Shown: piece by piece, positions 1 to 12,666 of the stretch | Position numbering within the stretch: the first letter of the stretch is position 1 | Layout of the letters: each line of letters starts with the position of its first letter | Assembly: GCA_965116495.1 (NCBI GenBank) | Contig: OZ220696.1 | Span: 4,064,001 to 4,128,000, forward strand | Origin: Gammaproteobacteria bacterium | Lineage (GTDB): Bacteria; Pseudomonadota; Gammaproteobacteria; Eutrophobiales; Eutrophobiaceae | Reading direction: 5' to 3' | DNA: 64,000 nucleotides | Notes under the pieces: model-generated | Told to the model about the DNA's origin: nothing | Seen by the model: the letters and a program-made list of their open reading frames with translations, nothing else | Databases searched by the model: none | Translations under genes and position numbers: made by a program

Positions 1-1
1 T

Positions 2-184
2 GATTTGGCGCGAGTTGAAGCAGAAAAGCTGGTCGTGGGTTACAGCTTTAATTTACGCACCAATGATTTGACATCCGAGACCATACCTAACCCATCCACA
101 GGCAAAGAACATCATTTCATAGCATACAGGCTTAAAGCTCAAGGTGGGAGACCTGTGTCGATGACTATAACGGACAATACATAA
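2..184 (+). CDS. 3' end of a gene entering from the left edge; possibly the restriction endonuclease partner of the methyltransferase
   Basis: Open frame DLARVEAEKLVVGYSFNLRTNDL...EHHFIAYRLK...DNT* with stop at 182-184, 15 bp before the MTase start. Function is inferred from context only. Confidence 0.4.
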   Translation, partial: DLARVEAEKLVVGYSFNLRTNDLTSETIPNPSTGKEHHFIAYRLKAQGGRPVSMTITDNT

Positions 185-199
185 GGGTAAACCAGGACT

Positions 200-2425
200 A
201 TGGAAAATTCGGCTGTAACGATTGAAGAAAATAAGGAATCTCCAGGTTGTCCCATTTCAGAGTTCGTTTCCGGCCCTAAGTCGGGACAGGCTGCGGAAAC
301 ATCGCTTACCCAGAGAGATCGCGTTAAAGCGATTGAAGTTGCCTTCCCGGTTGAAGAAATAAGCCAACTGGCAGAGCGTGAAAGCTACCGAAAAGAAATT
401 TTCAGGCCGATCTACCATATTCATAAGTGGTGGGCTAATCGTTTGGGTTCCGTCTTCCGGGGGATCGTATTAGGCGCCGTTTCAGCTAGCAATATTGATA
501 TATGGAAAGAATTTTATAAAAAACATGACTTGCAGGATGTCTGTGTCCTGGATCCGTTTATGGGTAGCGGCACAACCCTTGGTGAGGCGGCGAAACTGGG
601 TGTTAAACCGGTTGGTTGTGATATTAACCCAATAAGCACGTTCGCGGTCAGGCAGGCATTGACCAACGTAGATATTGATGAGCTGGAACGTGTATTTCAT
701 AAGCTGGAACAGGAAGTAAAGCCGGAAATTCAACGGTACTACACAACTCTTGACCGGGAAACCAATCGTCCCATTCCTGGACTGTATTATTTCTGGGTAA
801 AGCTGGTTGAAACGCCCAGCGGCGAAACGGTGCCGCTGTTCAATTCATACATCTTCAGTAAGAATGCTTATCCAAAGCAGAAGCCATCAGCCCGGATAGT
901 TTGTCCTTCTTGCTGGTCAGTGAACACGGGCAGATATGATGCAAGCTCTCTCCGATGCCCTCAATGCAGCCACGAGTTTAATCCGCAAAACGGTCCGTCA
1001 AATGGGCAATATGTTACGGACAGCCTGGGCAACAAATTCAGGATTAAAGAGCTGTTACCGAAAGATGGCCGGCCCCTGCGGCACAGGCTTTATGCAATCA
1101 TGGTGTTAAACAACGAGGGCGAAAAAGTTTACCTGTCACCGAATACCTATGACCTTGACTTGGTGGAAGAAGCCAGGCGGCGATTGGCAGAAGAAAATCT
1201 GCTTTTACCGCAAATGCCGGTACGCCCCGGCTACAACACCAACCAGGCAAGGGGTTATAACTATTTGTACTGGAGGGATTTTTTTAACTCAAGGCAACTG
1301 CTGTGCCTGGGTTTATTACTGAAAAAAATCCAGGCGATAAAGAGTGAAGTGATCAGGGACCAGTTTCTCTGTTTGTTTTCCAGCACACTGGAATTCAACA
1401 ATTTGTTTTGCAGTTTTAAAGGTGAAGGAACGGGCGCCGTGAGACATACGTTTTCGCATCATATCCTTAAACCTGAAAGAACTCCGCTTGAGAACAGTGT
1501 ATGGGGCACTTCCAAAAGCAGCGGCACTTTTGCTTCTTTATTCAAATCCCGCTTGTTGAAGGCGAAAACATATTTGCAAACACCCTCCGAAATTTATTTC
1601 CCCGAAGATATGTTCGGGAGCATGGAAATGAAGTCGCGATACCTGGTAGCAAGCGATCCGGTTAAGCTGAAAATCACAAATTCATGGGAAGAATTCAGTC
1701 GCGCTCCAAACCGGGCAATGGTGCTGAATGGAGACAGCGCTGCCCTGCCAATTCCTGACAAGAGTATAGATGCCGTTGTTACTGACCCGCCTTACTTTGA
1801 CTTCGTTCACTACAGCGAGTTGAGTGATTTCTTCTTTGCCTGGCTAGCGCCGGTTCTGTCAAGTCGCTACCCGTTTTTTGGTCGAGCCAGCAGCTATCAT
1901 AAGGATGAGGTGCAGAACAAAGACCCTGATCAGTTCGCTACTAACCTGGGCCGCGTTTTCCGCGAATGTTACCGAGTCCTCAAGGACGACGGTGTTTTGT
2001 CCTTTAGCTTTCATCATTCGCGTCCGGAAGGCTGGTCGGCAATCTACAAGGCGTTGTGTGAAGCAAGGTTCGCTGTGATGACTTCTTATCCCGTCCACGC
2101 TGAGATGAAGGTCGCAAGCCCCAAAACGAGCGCCAAAGAACCCATCTCCCTTGACATGATCCTGGTTTGTAAAAAACAGGAGCAGGCCGTCTCAAGCATA
2201 TCCGAAGACGATATGGAAAAACTACTGTCCAGGAAAATCAAACAGGTGGAAAATGGAGGCAATCCAATCTCAAAATCGGACCGGTTTAATATCAGGGCAT
2301 CGCTGCTCCTGGCTACTGCATCCAGAATGTCTTTATCCAGCGAGGGCTTTGAAAAGCTGATCAAGGAAGGACAAAACCCAGATGCTGGATTACGAAATAG
2401 AGATCAAATGGAAACCGTTGGATGA
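200..2425 (+). CDS. Amino-(N6A/N4C) DNA methyltransferase with Zn ribbon (DUF1156/COG1743-like)
   Basis: HKWWANR motif, SAM motif VLDPFMGSGTT, CPSC..CPQC zinc ribbon, catalytic TDPPY. Confidence 0.85.
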   Translation: MENSAVTIEENKESPGCPISEFVSGPKSGQAAETSLTQRDRVKAIEVAFPVEEISQLAERESYRKEIFRPIYHIHKWWANRLGSVFRGIVLGAVSASNIDIWKEFYKKHDLQDVCVLDPFMGSGTTLGEAAKLGVKPVGCDINPISTFAVRQALTNVDIDELERVFHKLEQEVKPEIQRYYTTLDRETNRPIPGLYYFWVKLVETPSGETVPLFNSYIFSKNAYPKQKPSARIVCPSCWSVNTGRYDASSLRCPQCSHEFNPQNGPSNGQYVTDSLGNKFRIKELLPKDGRPLRHRLYAIMVLNNEGEKVYLSPNTYDLDLVEEARRRLAEENLLLPQMPVRPGYNTNQARGYNYLYWRDFFNSRQLLCLGLLLKKIQAIKSEVIRDQFLCLFSSTLEFNNLFCSFKGEGTGAVRHTFSHHILKPERTPLENSVWGTSKSSGTFASLFKSRLLKAKTYLQTPSEIYFPEDMFGSMEMKSRYLVASDPVKLKITNSWEEFSRAPNRAMVLNGDSAALPIPDKSIDAVVTDPPYFDFVHYSELSDFFFAWLAPVLSSRYPFFGRASSYHKDEVQNKDPDQFATNLGRVFRECYRVLKDDGVLSFSFHHSRPEGWSAIYKALCEARFAVMTSYPVHAEMKVASPKTSAKEPISLDMILVCKKQEQAVSSISEDDMEKLLSRKIKQVENGGNPISKSDRFNIRASLLLATASRMSLSSEGFEKLIKEGQNPDAGLRNRDQMETVG

Positions 2426-2596
2426 CAGCATGGCGGGTGCGCCTGTGGATCTTTGGATGTCTGATATTGTTTCGCAAACGTTCAGGACTTCATCAAGAAA
2501 TTCTTTGCCCAAACCTTTACGTTGTCTCTCATACCAAACAGCAGCAGATTCTATGTCCGTTTCCGCCTCTGGCCGGAGACGTATCTCGAGACTCAC
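2358..2596 (-). pseudogene. RelE/ParE-family toxin, frameshifted
   Basis: N-terminus LRPEAETDIESAAVWYERQRKGLGKEFLDEV is ParE-like. The expected continuation (KIHRRTRHAVIQRFPFDLYF) is in another frame after ~2455 and overlaps the MTase 3' end. Confidence 0.75.
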
Positions 2597-2964
2597 AATC
2601 GTTGCTTGAACGCTGCTATGACTTCACCTGCTTCACGGCCTTTGATTTTATCCACTTCATAAGCGTCCAGACGCCGATCAAGTTCAGTCCTTTGTTCATC
2701 GGTTAACGGCAAGTTGGCCAGGTTCGCAAGAACCTCCCTGGAGGCATCGAACTGTCTCAGGCTCTGGGCAGGTTCTTCCAATGCCGCAATGGTGTCATCA
2801 TTGGGTATGCGGGCGTCAAACGGCAACCCCTTGCGCAGGACTAATTGGCTCAGCGCCATGCGGATATATTCTGTGGGTTTTAACCCAAGTCGGGAGAGTA
2901 CGGCTTCAGCTTCGGCTTTAAGTTCCGGTTCAATTCGGATTTGCATCTGTTTGGTCCTGCTCAT
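2593..2964 (-). CDS. RelB/DinJ antitoxin fused to an addiction-module component (TIGR02574-like)
   Basis: QIRIEPELKAEAEAVLSRLGL..LPFDARIPNDDTIAA (DinJ-like) followed by LTDEQRTELDRRLDAY (addiction-module signature); overlaps the toxin start by 4 bp. Confidence 0.75.
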   Translation of the reverse strand: MSRTKQMQIRIEPELKAEAEAVLSRLGLKPTEYIRMALSQLVLRKGLPFDARIPNDDTIAALEEPAQSLRQFDASREVLANLANLPLTDEQRTELDRRLDAYEVDKIKGREAGEVIAAFKQRL

Positions 2965-3217
2965 AACGATAATTGCCCTGTGTTTGCCTGGATATAGTCT
3001 GAATGAAATAGCTACCATTTGCAATACAAATATTGCGCCGGTTCGCGGATGTCAATACTGCTTTGGGATGACACATGAAAAATAATTCCTGCGTCTGTCA
3101 GCTTGTCTGAAAATGCCCATCGAACGATACTGCCCTGTAAACGATCATCAGTACGTATTTTAAAGGAGTCAATGGAGGTGACACGTATCTACTACCTCAG
3201 TCGGGTTCTCTGATCGC

Positions 3218-3448
3218 TTGAAACAGGAAAAGATATTCGATGCGGAAAAAGCCGACGCCTTTGCCGGGGCGTTGAATGACGAGCTGTCGGATCAACTGGC
3301 GACTAAACCTGACCTTGTTGAGTTGGATAACAGGATGGAAATAAGAATGATACAAATGGAAAACAGGCTCATCAAACGGATGATCGGTCTTGTTCTCGCT
3401 GCTACTGCCATCAATCTGACAGTTACCGGTTCCCTGGTAACACTTTGA
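3218..3448 (+). CDS. Small DUF1640-like coiled-coil protein with C-terminal TM helix, probably 5'-frameshifted
   Basis: AEKADAFAGAL..LATKPDL motif and hydrophobic tail. The RBS-preceded ATG at 3172 is out of frame. Confidence 0.5.
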   Translation: MKQEKIFDAEKADAFAGALNDELSDQLATKPDLVELDNRMEIRMIQMENRLIKRMIGLVLAATAINLTVTGSLVTL

Positions 3449-3480
3449 ATACAACTTTCAATCAGTTGACTCGATAGGCT

Positions 3481-4692
3481 TCATGCCTGTTGAGCATCAC
3501 TTACAGCCTTTGGCAGGCTGATCTGCAGCAGTACCCAGGCAGCCAGCGCGGACAGCAACGAACCCACCAGAATGCCCAGGCGGTCGCCGCTGAAATAGGC
3601 GCCGCTCCCGTGTTCAAAAGCCAGGCCGGCGATAAACAGGCTCATGGTGAAGCCGATACCACAGGCGCAGGCCGCGCCGAGAAGCTGCATCCAGTTGACG
3701 TCTTTCGGCAACCGCGCCAGACCCAGGGCTACGGCAAGGCCGGTGAAGATGATGATGCCGAGCGGTTTGCCTAGTACCAGACCGGTTGTCACGCCCAGTG
3801 TGACGGGATGCACCAGTGCATCCAGTGATATTCCTGACAGGGACAGCCCGGCATTGACAAAGGCAAACGCCGGGAGAATTACGAACGCGACGGGTTCGTG
3901 CAGGTTATGTTCCAGTTCGCGCAAGGGGCAGTGCCCCTCTTTATCCCGCATCGGTATGCAAAATGCGATGAGAACGCCAGCCAGTGTCGCATGGACCCCG
4001 GATTTCAGCACGGCGATCCACAGGACTACCCCCAGCAATATGTAGCTGGAAGTACTCGTCACTTCCATGCGGTTCATGCCAGCCGCGATGCCGAGTGTGA
4101 CAGCGCCGATAACCAGCATGGCGGGAGAGAGATCTGCAGAATAGAACAGCGCGATGATGACGATGGCGGCAAGATCATCCAGTATCGCCAGCGTAAGCAA
4201 AAAAACCTTGAGGGACACAGGGACCCTGGCGCCGAAAGACCCCAGCAGGGCGAGCGCGAAGGCGATGTCGGTCGCGACCGGGATTGCCCAGCCGTCCAAT
4301 GCCACGGCATCTCCCAGGTTGAGCCAGATATATATGGATGCGGGCACAACCATGCCGCCCAGCGCGCCCATTCCCGGCAAAATCACCTGGTCGAAAGAGG
4401 ACAGCTCACCATCCATGATCTCGCGCTTGATTTCGAGCCCTATCAGGAAAAAGAACACTGCCATGAGCCCGTCATTTACCCAGAGCAGCAGCGGCTTGTT
4501 GATGACCAGGTTACCGACCTGGACCGCAATCGTCATATCGATAAGGGCCGCATAGATGCCCGATAACGGCGAGTTGGCTATCAGCATGGCGATGACGACG
4601 CAGATGGTAAGCAGAACGCCGCCGGCAGTCTCAAGTTGCAGAAACTCGCGCAACGCGTCCGCCATGGTTGGTGTCTGTTTTCGTGTTTCCAT
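3481..4692 (-). CDS. nhaA: Na+/H+ antiporter NhaA
   Basis: WVNDGLMAVFFFLIGLEIKRE, GWAIPVATDIAFA, LAILDD, CGIGFTMSLFI. Confidence 0.97.
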   Translation of the reverse strand: METRKQTPTMADALREFLQLETAGGVLLTICVVIAMLIANSPLSGIYAALIDMTIAVQVGNLVINKPLLLWVNDGLMAVFFFLIGLEIKREIMDGELSSFDQVILPGMGALGGMVVPASIYIWLNLGDAVALDGWAIPVATDIAFALALLGSFGARVPVSLKVFLLTLAILDDLAAIVIIALFYSADLSPAMLVIGAVTLGIAAGMNRMEVTSTSSYILLGVVLWIAVLKSGVHATLAGVLIAFCIPMRDKEGHCPLRELEHNLHEPVAFVILPAFAFVNAGLSLSGISLDALVHPVTLGVTTGLVLGKPLGIIIFTGLAVALGLARLPKDVNWMQLLGAACACGIGFTMSLFIAGLAFEHGSGAYFSGDRLGILVGSLLSALAAWVLLQISLPKAVSDAQQA

Positions 4693-4868
4693 GCTAGCCG
4701 GGTATTTTGACCAGTATCACTGAGATATTATCCTTAGCGCCGTTTTCGTTAGCCGTCTGCACCAGTTCCGCGGCGGTTTGCGCAAGTTTGCCCCTGTCGG
4801 CGAGGGCTGAGATAGTAATGTTCCCGGCAGCGCTTACGGTACCGGTTGGGGGAAGACGCCCGGGTCTG

Positions 4869-5192
4869 TTAACGCTCCAGGTATTGGAGCTTGCCTTCTG
4901 TCTCTTTCCAGTCGTCCGCGTCGGCAGGCGCGTCCTTCATTTCGTTGATGACAGGCCATTCCCTGGAGAGTTCTGCATTCAGTGCTATGAATTTCTGCTG
5001 GCTTTCGTCAACGTCTTCATCAGACATGATGGCTTCTACCGGGCATTCGGGTTCACACAAGGTGCAGTCAATACATTCGTCGGGGTCGATAACCAGCATA
5101 TTCGGACCTTCATGGAAGCAATCGACCGGGCACACTTCCACGCAATCAGTATATTTACACTTGATGCAGCTTTCTACGACGATAAAGGGCAT
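4869..5192 (-). CDS. fdxA: 7Fe ferredoxin (FdxA type)
   Basis: [33 protein letters not shown]; adjacent to mutS as is common. Confidence 0.95.
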   Translation of the reverse strand: MPFIVVESCIKCKYTDCVEVCPVDCFHEGPNMLVIDPDECIDCTLCEPECPVEAIMSDEDVDESQQKFIALNAELSREWPVINEMKDAPADADDWKETEGKLQYLER

Positions 5193-5275
5193 AAGAATAT
5201 CCTACCATAAGTTAAGTTACGATATTGTGACTTTGAATTATAGCTTGTTAAATATCATGTGGCCATTACCCGTCA

Positions 5276-7813
5276 TCATTTCAGTTCCCGCAGCCGGTAC
5301 AATATTTCCAGTGCCTGTTTAGGCGTGACGGCATCGGGGTCGATCTCTTTCAATACTTCCCGCAGCTCGTCGGGTTGCTGGAACAAGTCCTGTTGCGGTA
5401 TGTCCGGTAGCAGGTCTACGGTATTTTTTTCCATGATGCTGAGTTGGTGGTTCGCTTGGTTAATGACCGCACGGGGAATGCCCGCCAGTTGCGCCACCTG
5501 GATCCCGTAACTCCTGTTTGTGGCGCCGGGTTTGACCGTATACAGGAATACGACCTCATTATTATGTTTGATCGCGTCCAGGTGTGCGTTCTGTACGGTA
5601 TCCATGATCTCGGGCAAACTGGTCAATTCGAAATAATGGGTGGCGAACAGCGTAAACGCCCGGATCTTGTTTGCCAGGTAGACCGCGCAGGCCCAGGCCA
5701 GGGCCAAGCCGTCGTAAGTGCTGGTGCCGCGGCCTATCTCGTCTATCAATACCAAGCTCCTGTCCGTCGCGTTGTTCAGGATAGTTGCGGTTTCCACCAT
5801 TTCGGCCATGAAGGTGGATTTCCCGGAGGTGATATCATCGACCGCGCCGATACGGGTGAAGATACGGTCAACAGGGCCCAGGACTGCCTTATCTGCCGGT
5901 ACGAAACTGCCGATATGCGCCAGCAGCGTGATGAGCGCAGTCTGGCGCATGTATGTGGATTTCCCCCCCATATTCGGGCCTGTAATCAGCAGCATACTGG
6001 TAGCTTCGTCCAGCCGGATATCGTTGGCCATAAAGGGGCTGGCCTGTAACCGTTCGATGACGGCGTGACGGCCCGCCCGGATATCGAGCCCGGGGGTCTC
6101 GACGAATTCAGGTTGACAATAATCAAGCAGGTCGGCCCGTTCCGCAAAACAGGCCAGCACGTCCGTTTCGGAAAGCGCTGCGGCGGTTGTCTGCAGGGCG
6201 GCCAGTTCGGTACAGATGCGCTCCAGGACCTGCTCATACAACACTTTTTCCCGCGCCAGTGCGCGCTCCTTTGCACTCAGTACCTTATCTTCGAAGTCTT
6301 TCAGTTCCGCAGTAATGAAACGTTCCGTGGATTTCAGGGTTTGCCGCCTGTGATATTGCTCCGGGACGGCTTCGCTGTGTAACCGGGAAACTTCTATGTA
6401 GTAGCCGTGTACGCGGTTAAATCCCACTTTCAGCGTGGGGATGCCGGTATGTTCCCGCTCGCGTTCTTCAAGCGAATTCAGGAAGGTCCCGGCATCACGG
6501 CCCAGTTGCCGCAACTGGTCCAGTTCAGTGTCGAAACCATCGGCGATCACACCGCCGTCCCGGATACTTGCCGCCGGTGTTTCCGCCAGCGCATCTCCCA
6601 GGAACGTCTTTAAGCCGGGGAATACCCGGATCAGGCCGTTAAGTTCATTCAGGCGCGGGCTGTTCACGGCCGCCAGCGTTGATTTCAGGTCCGGCAGCCG
6701 GAGCAGTGATTTGTGCAGTTGCGCCAGGTCACGGGGGCGGGCGGATTTCAGGGCTACCCGCGCCAGGATGCGTTCCAGGTCATTAACGTGTTTCAATGAT
6801 TCGTGTACGGCAACGTAAGTTTTGCCGGTTGACAGGTGGTTAACGGCGTCATGGCGCAGGCGCAGGGTCTGCTGGTCGCGCAGGGGCCGGTTCAGCCAGC
6901 GCTTCAGCAGCCGGCTGCCCATAGTTGTCGCCGTCATGTCCAGTACGCCCAGCAGGCTGTTTGCTTTCCTGCCGCTGAGGTCCTGCTCAAGTTCCAGGTT
7001 GCGGCGGGTGACGGCATCGAGGATGATGCTGTCCGAACGGTATTCTACCTTGATCGGTTGCAGGTGCAGCAGCGCCGTGCTCTGGGTTTCATTGACGTAT
7101 TGCAACAGGGCTCCTGCCGCCGCAGTTGCCGCCGCCAACCCGGAACATTCCAGTTCACTTACCTGGTATTGCCGCTTGATGAGGTTTACCGCAGCAGCAA
7201 GGTCGAAGTGCCAGGCAGCGCGGGATACCACACTGCTACAGGAAATATCCGGGTCCTGTTTCAGTCCGCTGTCTTCACTCATCAACAGTTCCGCGGGTTG
7301 CAGGCGCGCCAACTCGTCCCGCATCGAGCCCGTATCGGAGGTCTGGCTGAGTGTGAAGCGGCCGTCAGCCAGGTTCAGACTGGCGATACCCTGCTCATTT
7401 GCGAGGACATGAACGCATACCAGCAGGTTATCGGTCTTTTCCTCCAGTAACAGTTCGTCGGTGACGGTACCGGGCGTGACTACGCGGGTGACCTTTCTCT
7501 CAACCGGGCCTTTGGCCAGCGCCGGATCGCCGATTTGTTCGCATATCGCGACCGATTCACCCAGCCGGATTAATTTCGCCAGGTAAGAATCAACAGCATG
7601 GTAGGGCACGCCTGCCATGGGTATGACCTGGTTGTCAGACCTGCCCCGGGAGGTCAGGGTAATGTCAAGCAAGCGCGCAGCCTTGCGCGCGTCTTCAAAA
7701 AACAACTCGTAGAAATCACCCATGCGAAACAGCAGCAGGATATCTGGATAATCAGCCTTGAAACCCAGGTATTGCTGCATGACCGGGGTGTGCGCGGAGT
7801 TGTTTGCGGGCAT
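5276..7813 (-). CDS. mutS: DNA mismatch repair protein MutS
   Basis: [15 protein letters not shown], Walker [19 protein letters not shown]. Confidence 0.98.
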   Translation of the reverse strand: MPANNSAHTPVMQQYLGFKADYPDILLLFRMGDFYELFFEDARKAARLLDITLTSRGRSDNQVIPMAGVPYHAVDSYLAKLIRLGESVAICEQIGDPALAKGPVERKVTRVVTPGTVTDELLLEEKTDNLLVCVHVLANEQGIASLNLADGRFTLSQTSDTGSMRDELARLQPAELLMSEDSGLKQDPDISCSSVVSRAAWHFDLAAAVNLIKRQYQVSELECSGLAAATAAAGALLQYVNETQSTALLHLQPIKVEYRSDSIILDAVTRRNLELEQDLSGRKANSLLGVLDMTATTMGSRLLKRWLNRPLRDQQTLRLRHDAVNHLSTGKTYVAVHESLKHVNDLERILARVALKSARPRDLAQLHKSLLRLPDLKSTLAAVNSPRLNELNGLIRVFPGLKTFLGDALAETPAASIRDGGVIADGFDTELDQLRQLGRDAGTFLNSLEEREREHTGIPTLKVGFNRVHGYYIEVSRLHSEAVPEQYHRRQTLKSTERFITAELKDFEDKVLSAKERALAREKVLYEQVLERICTELAALQTTAAALSETDVLACFAERADLLDYCQPEFVETPGLDIRAGRHAVIERLQASPFMANDIRLDEATSMLLITGPNMGGKSTYMRQTALITLLAHIGSFVPADKAVLGPVDRIFTRIGAVDDITSGKSTFMAEMVETATILNNATDRSLVLIDEIGRGTSTYDGLALAWACAVYLANKIRAFTLFATHYFELTSLPEIMDTVQNAHLDAIKHNNEVVFLYTVKPGATNRSYGIQVAQLAGIPRAVINQANHQLSIMEKNTVDLLPDIPQQDLFQQPDELREVLKEIDPDAVTPKQALEILYRLRELK

Positions 7814-7828
7814 AGGCTTATTCTGCTT

Positions 7829-7863
7829 ACAAAGGGGACGGACTTCAAGTCCGTCCCCTTTGT
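7829..7863. repeat. Palindromic repeat, family A (GGGGACGGAC-N-GTCCGTCCCC)
   Basis: ACAAAGGGGACGGAC-TTCAA-GTCCGTCCCCTTTGT. Confidence 0.85.
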
Positions 7864-7880
7864 CAGTCTCTCCGTATTCA

Positions 7881-7922
7881 GGGCCAGAGTAAAACTCCTG
7901 GCGTGAGTTTTACTCTGGCCCC
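7881..7922. repeat. Palindromic repeat, family B (GGG[T/C]CAGAGTAAAA...TTTTACTCTG[A/G]CCCC)
   Basis: GGGCCAGAGTAAAACTC-CTGGCGT-GAGTTTTACTCTGGCCCC. Confidence 0.85.
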
Positions 7923-8044
7923 AAACTTCCCGGGCCGGCATGGAGAAGGGCTTAAACCGTCATTATTACGCAATTACACTTGAAATTCTGCATCGTCAAC
8001 CCCAGATAAGGCACTTGAACACTCTGAGTAATAATGGGGACACC

Positions 8045-9932
8045 ATGACTGTAGATACGAAAAAAGAAGCGCTTGGTTTTCAGACCGAGGTCCAGCAATT
8101 ACTGGACCTGATGATCCATTCCTTATACAGCAACCAGGAGATCTTTCTGCGCGAGCTGATCTCAAACGCCTCCGATGCAGCCGACAGGTTGCGCTTCGAG
8201 GGATTGCAGGACGACAGCCTGTTCGAAGACGATCCGGAATTGAATATCAGGGTCGAGTATAACAAGACCCAGAAAACCATTACCGTCCTGGATAACGGCA
8301 TCGGGATGTCCAGGCAGGAGGTGGTCGATAACCTGGGAACCATCGCCAAGTCGGGTTCCAGGCAGTTTTTCGAGTCATTGACAGGTGACCAGACCAGGGA
8401 TACACAGCTGATTGGCCAGTTCGGCGTGGGGTTTTACTCTTCCTTTATCGTTGCCGAGAAGGTGGAGGTCATCAGCCGCCGCGCCGGTCTACCCCGGGAG
8501 GAAGGCGTGCGCTGGTCTTCCGACGGCAAGAGCGAATATACCGTGGAGAGTATCGATCGGCCGAAGCGGGGGACCAAGGTGGTATTGTATTTACGCAAGG
8601 AGGCCGGGGAATTCCTGGACGGCTACCGGTTGCGCAGCATTATCAACAAGTATTCGGACCACATCTCCCTGCCCGTCGTCATGCCGAAAGAAGGTGAGGA
8701 CGAAAAGGGGGAGGAGACGGTCAACGCGGCAAAGGCATTGTGGACGCGCAATAAAAAGGACATCAAGGAGGAGGAATACAACGAGTTCTATAAAACCGTG
8801 TCCCACGATTTTGAAGACCCGCTTTGTCATATCCACAACAAGGTGGAAGGCAAGCTGGAATATACCAGCCTGTTGTTCATCCCCACTCGCGCACCGTTCG
8901 ATTTATGGGACCGGGAACAACGCCACGGCGTAAAACTGTATGTGAAGCGCGTCTTTATCATGGATGACGCAAAACAGTTATTGCCCTCATACCTGCGCTT
9001 CGTAAAAGGGGTGGTGGATTCCGATGACCTGCCGTTGAATATCTCCAGGGAAATACTGCAACAGAACAGGATCATTGAAACCATCCGTTCCGGATGCACA
9101 AAAAAGATACTGGACCTGTTGAAAAAACTGGCGGACAAGGAACCGGACCAGTACAAACAGTTCTGGCAGACCTTCGGCCGGGTCTTGAAGGAAGGCATCA
9201 TCGATGCGCACGATAAACGCGAGGAACTTGCAAAACTGTTCCGCTTCAAGTCAACCCATGAAGACACGGAGGAGGAAACAGTCTCCCTGGACGATTATAT
9301 CGCCAGGATGAAGGAGGGACAGAAAGCTGTTTATTACGTGACTGCGGAAAATTATGCCACTGCAAAAAACAGCCCTCACCTTGAGATTTTCGAGAAGGAA
9401 AAGATTGAAGTCCTGCTGCTGACCGACCCAATCGACGAGTGGCTGGTTACCCACCTGACTGAATACGGGGAAAAACCGCTGACGTCGGTGAACAAGGGTG
9501 AGTTGGACCTGGGTGATCTGGCCAGCGGGAAAAGCGGGGATCAAACCGAAGAAACTGCGGATGACAAGCTGGACGATCTCACCAAACGTATCGGGAAAGT
9601 GCTGGATGAGCGGGTAAAAGAAGTCCGCATCACTCGGCGCCTGACCGAGTCTCCGGCCTGCCTGGTGGCTGACGAGCATGAAATGGGGCGCCACCTGGAG
9701 CAGATACTGAAGGCATCGGGCCAGGAAATACCCGGTTCAAAACCCATACTGGAAATCAACCCGGGCCATCCCATAGTCGGGAAACTGGAGAACGAAACGG
9801 ATGAAAACCGCTTCGGGGACTGGGCCAATATCCTGTATGAGCAGGCGCTGTTAAGTGAAGGCGGGCAACTGGAGGATCCGGCCGGGTTTGTACACCGGCT
9901 CAACAGTATCTTCCTGGAACTGAACCAGGCGG

Positions 9933-9955
<23 letters not shown>
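8045..9955 (+). CDS. htpG: Chaperone HtpG (Hsp90)
   Basis: IHSLYSNQEIFLRELISNASDA, IGQFGVGFYS; start set at MTVDTKKE. Confidence 0.97.
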
Positions 9956-11497
<1,542 letters not shown>

Positions 11498-11678
11498 TCA
11501 TGTGTTGAAACTCTTTGATTAAATCAGAGTTGTAAAACTTATTCAATGTTCGCTAAGCAGGTTCCGGCCAGACACCGCTCCCCCCGGATATGCAAGTGTA
11601 TATTTCGCTGACTACCCAGCAAAGCAGTGTCGCTGTATGATGTATGGTAACAGCGAATACGGATAAACCTGCACCAGC

Positions 11679-12650
11679 TTGACTACTCTCCGACAACTCA
11701 TTGATTGGACCGAACAACAGTTTGTCCGATCAGACCTGTGTTACGGTCACGGTGTGGATAACGCCCTGGATGAGGCTGCTTTCCTTGTGCTGGGCGCATT
11801 GGATATACCGTTTGACGCGGGACCGGAACAGTTGGACAGGGGAGCAGACGCCGGTGAACAGGAATGTATAAGGGAACTGGTCGATACCAGGATCAGGTCA
11901 AGAAAACCCGTCGCATACCTGCTCAACAAGACCTGGTTTGCAGGCATGCCATTTTACGTGGATGAGCGCGTTCTGATCCCCCGTTCGCCCATTGCCGAAC
12001 TGGTCCAGGCAGGGTTTTCACCCTGGATTGAGACCTCCCGGGTAAACCGTATCCTGGACCTGGGTACCGGCAGTGGTTGTATTGCCATTGCCTGTGCCGC
12101 GACATTCCCCGAGGCCACAGTCGATGCAACGGATATCAGTACCGATGCGCTGGATGTTGCGTCTGTCAACTGCGAGCGGCACGACCTGGCGGCGCGGGTA
12201 AACCTGATCCGGTCAGACCTGTTCAGCGCATTGGGGGACAGGAAGTATGATATTATCGTCGGCAATCCGCCGTATGTGCCTGCTGGGGAAATGTCTGCGT
12301 TGCCGGAGGAATACCGGCATGAACCCGCACATGCCCTGGCGGCAGGCGCCGACGGTCTCGACGTGGTCGATCGTATATTGCTGGAAGCCCGTACACACAT
12401 GACGGCACATGGCATCCTGGTAGTGGAAGCCGGCAAAGGCCGCGCTGCGCTTGAGACAAAACATCCCCGAACGCCTTTTATCTGGCTTGACTTCGAGCAC
12501 GGTGGGGGAGGGGTTTTTGTTATCACAGGGACAGATTTGAAATCAGAAAAGGGGACGGAATTCAAGTCCGCCCCCGGTAAATCAATGAAATCCTTTGAGG
12601 ACGGACTTAAGTCCGTCCCCGCTGAGTGTTCGGACGCTGATGACAGATAA
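11679..12650 (+). CDS. prmB: 50S ribosomal protein L3 glutamine methyltransferase with a repeat-derived C-terminal tail
   Basis: YGHGVDNA, ERVLIPRSPIAE, LDLGTGSG, NPPY; TTG start. Confidence 0.92.
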   Translation: MTTLRQLIDWTEQQFVRSDLCYGHGVDNALDEAAFLVLGALDIPFDAGPEQLDRGADAGEQECIRELVDTRIRSRKPVAYLLNKTWFAGMPFYVDERVLIPRSPIAELVQAGFSPWIETSRVNRILDLGTGSGCIAIACAATFPEATVDATDISTDALDVASVNCERHDLAARVNLIRSDLFSALGDRKYDIIVGNPPYVPAGEMSALPEEYRHEPAHALAAGADGLDVVDRILLEARTHMTAHGILVVEAGKGRAALETKHPRTPFIWLDFEHGGGGVFVITGTDLKSEKGTEFKSAPGKSMKSFEDGLKSVPAECSDADDR

Positions 12651-12666
12651 AAATAAATCTGTCCCC
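12528..12666. repeat. Cluster of four complete or partial family A palindromes across the prmB/soxC junction
   Basis: GGGACAGATTTGAAATC; GGGGACGGAATTCAAGTCCGCCCCC; GAGGACGGACTTAAGTCCGTCCCC; GACAGAT..AAATCTGTCCCC. Confidence 0.85.

Noticed and set aside
7940-8044. N-terminal extensions predicted for HtpG (and likewise the nitrilase, AceE, NUDIX and SoxC)
   Set aside because: The longest-ORF starts run into intergenic or repeat DNA; downstream starts match the family N-termini.
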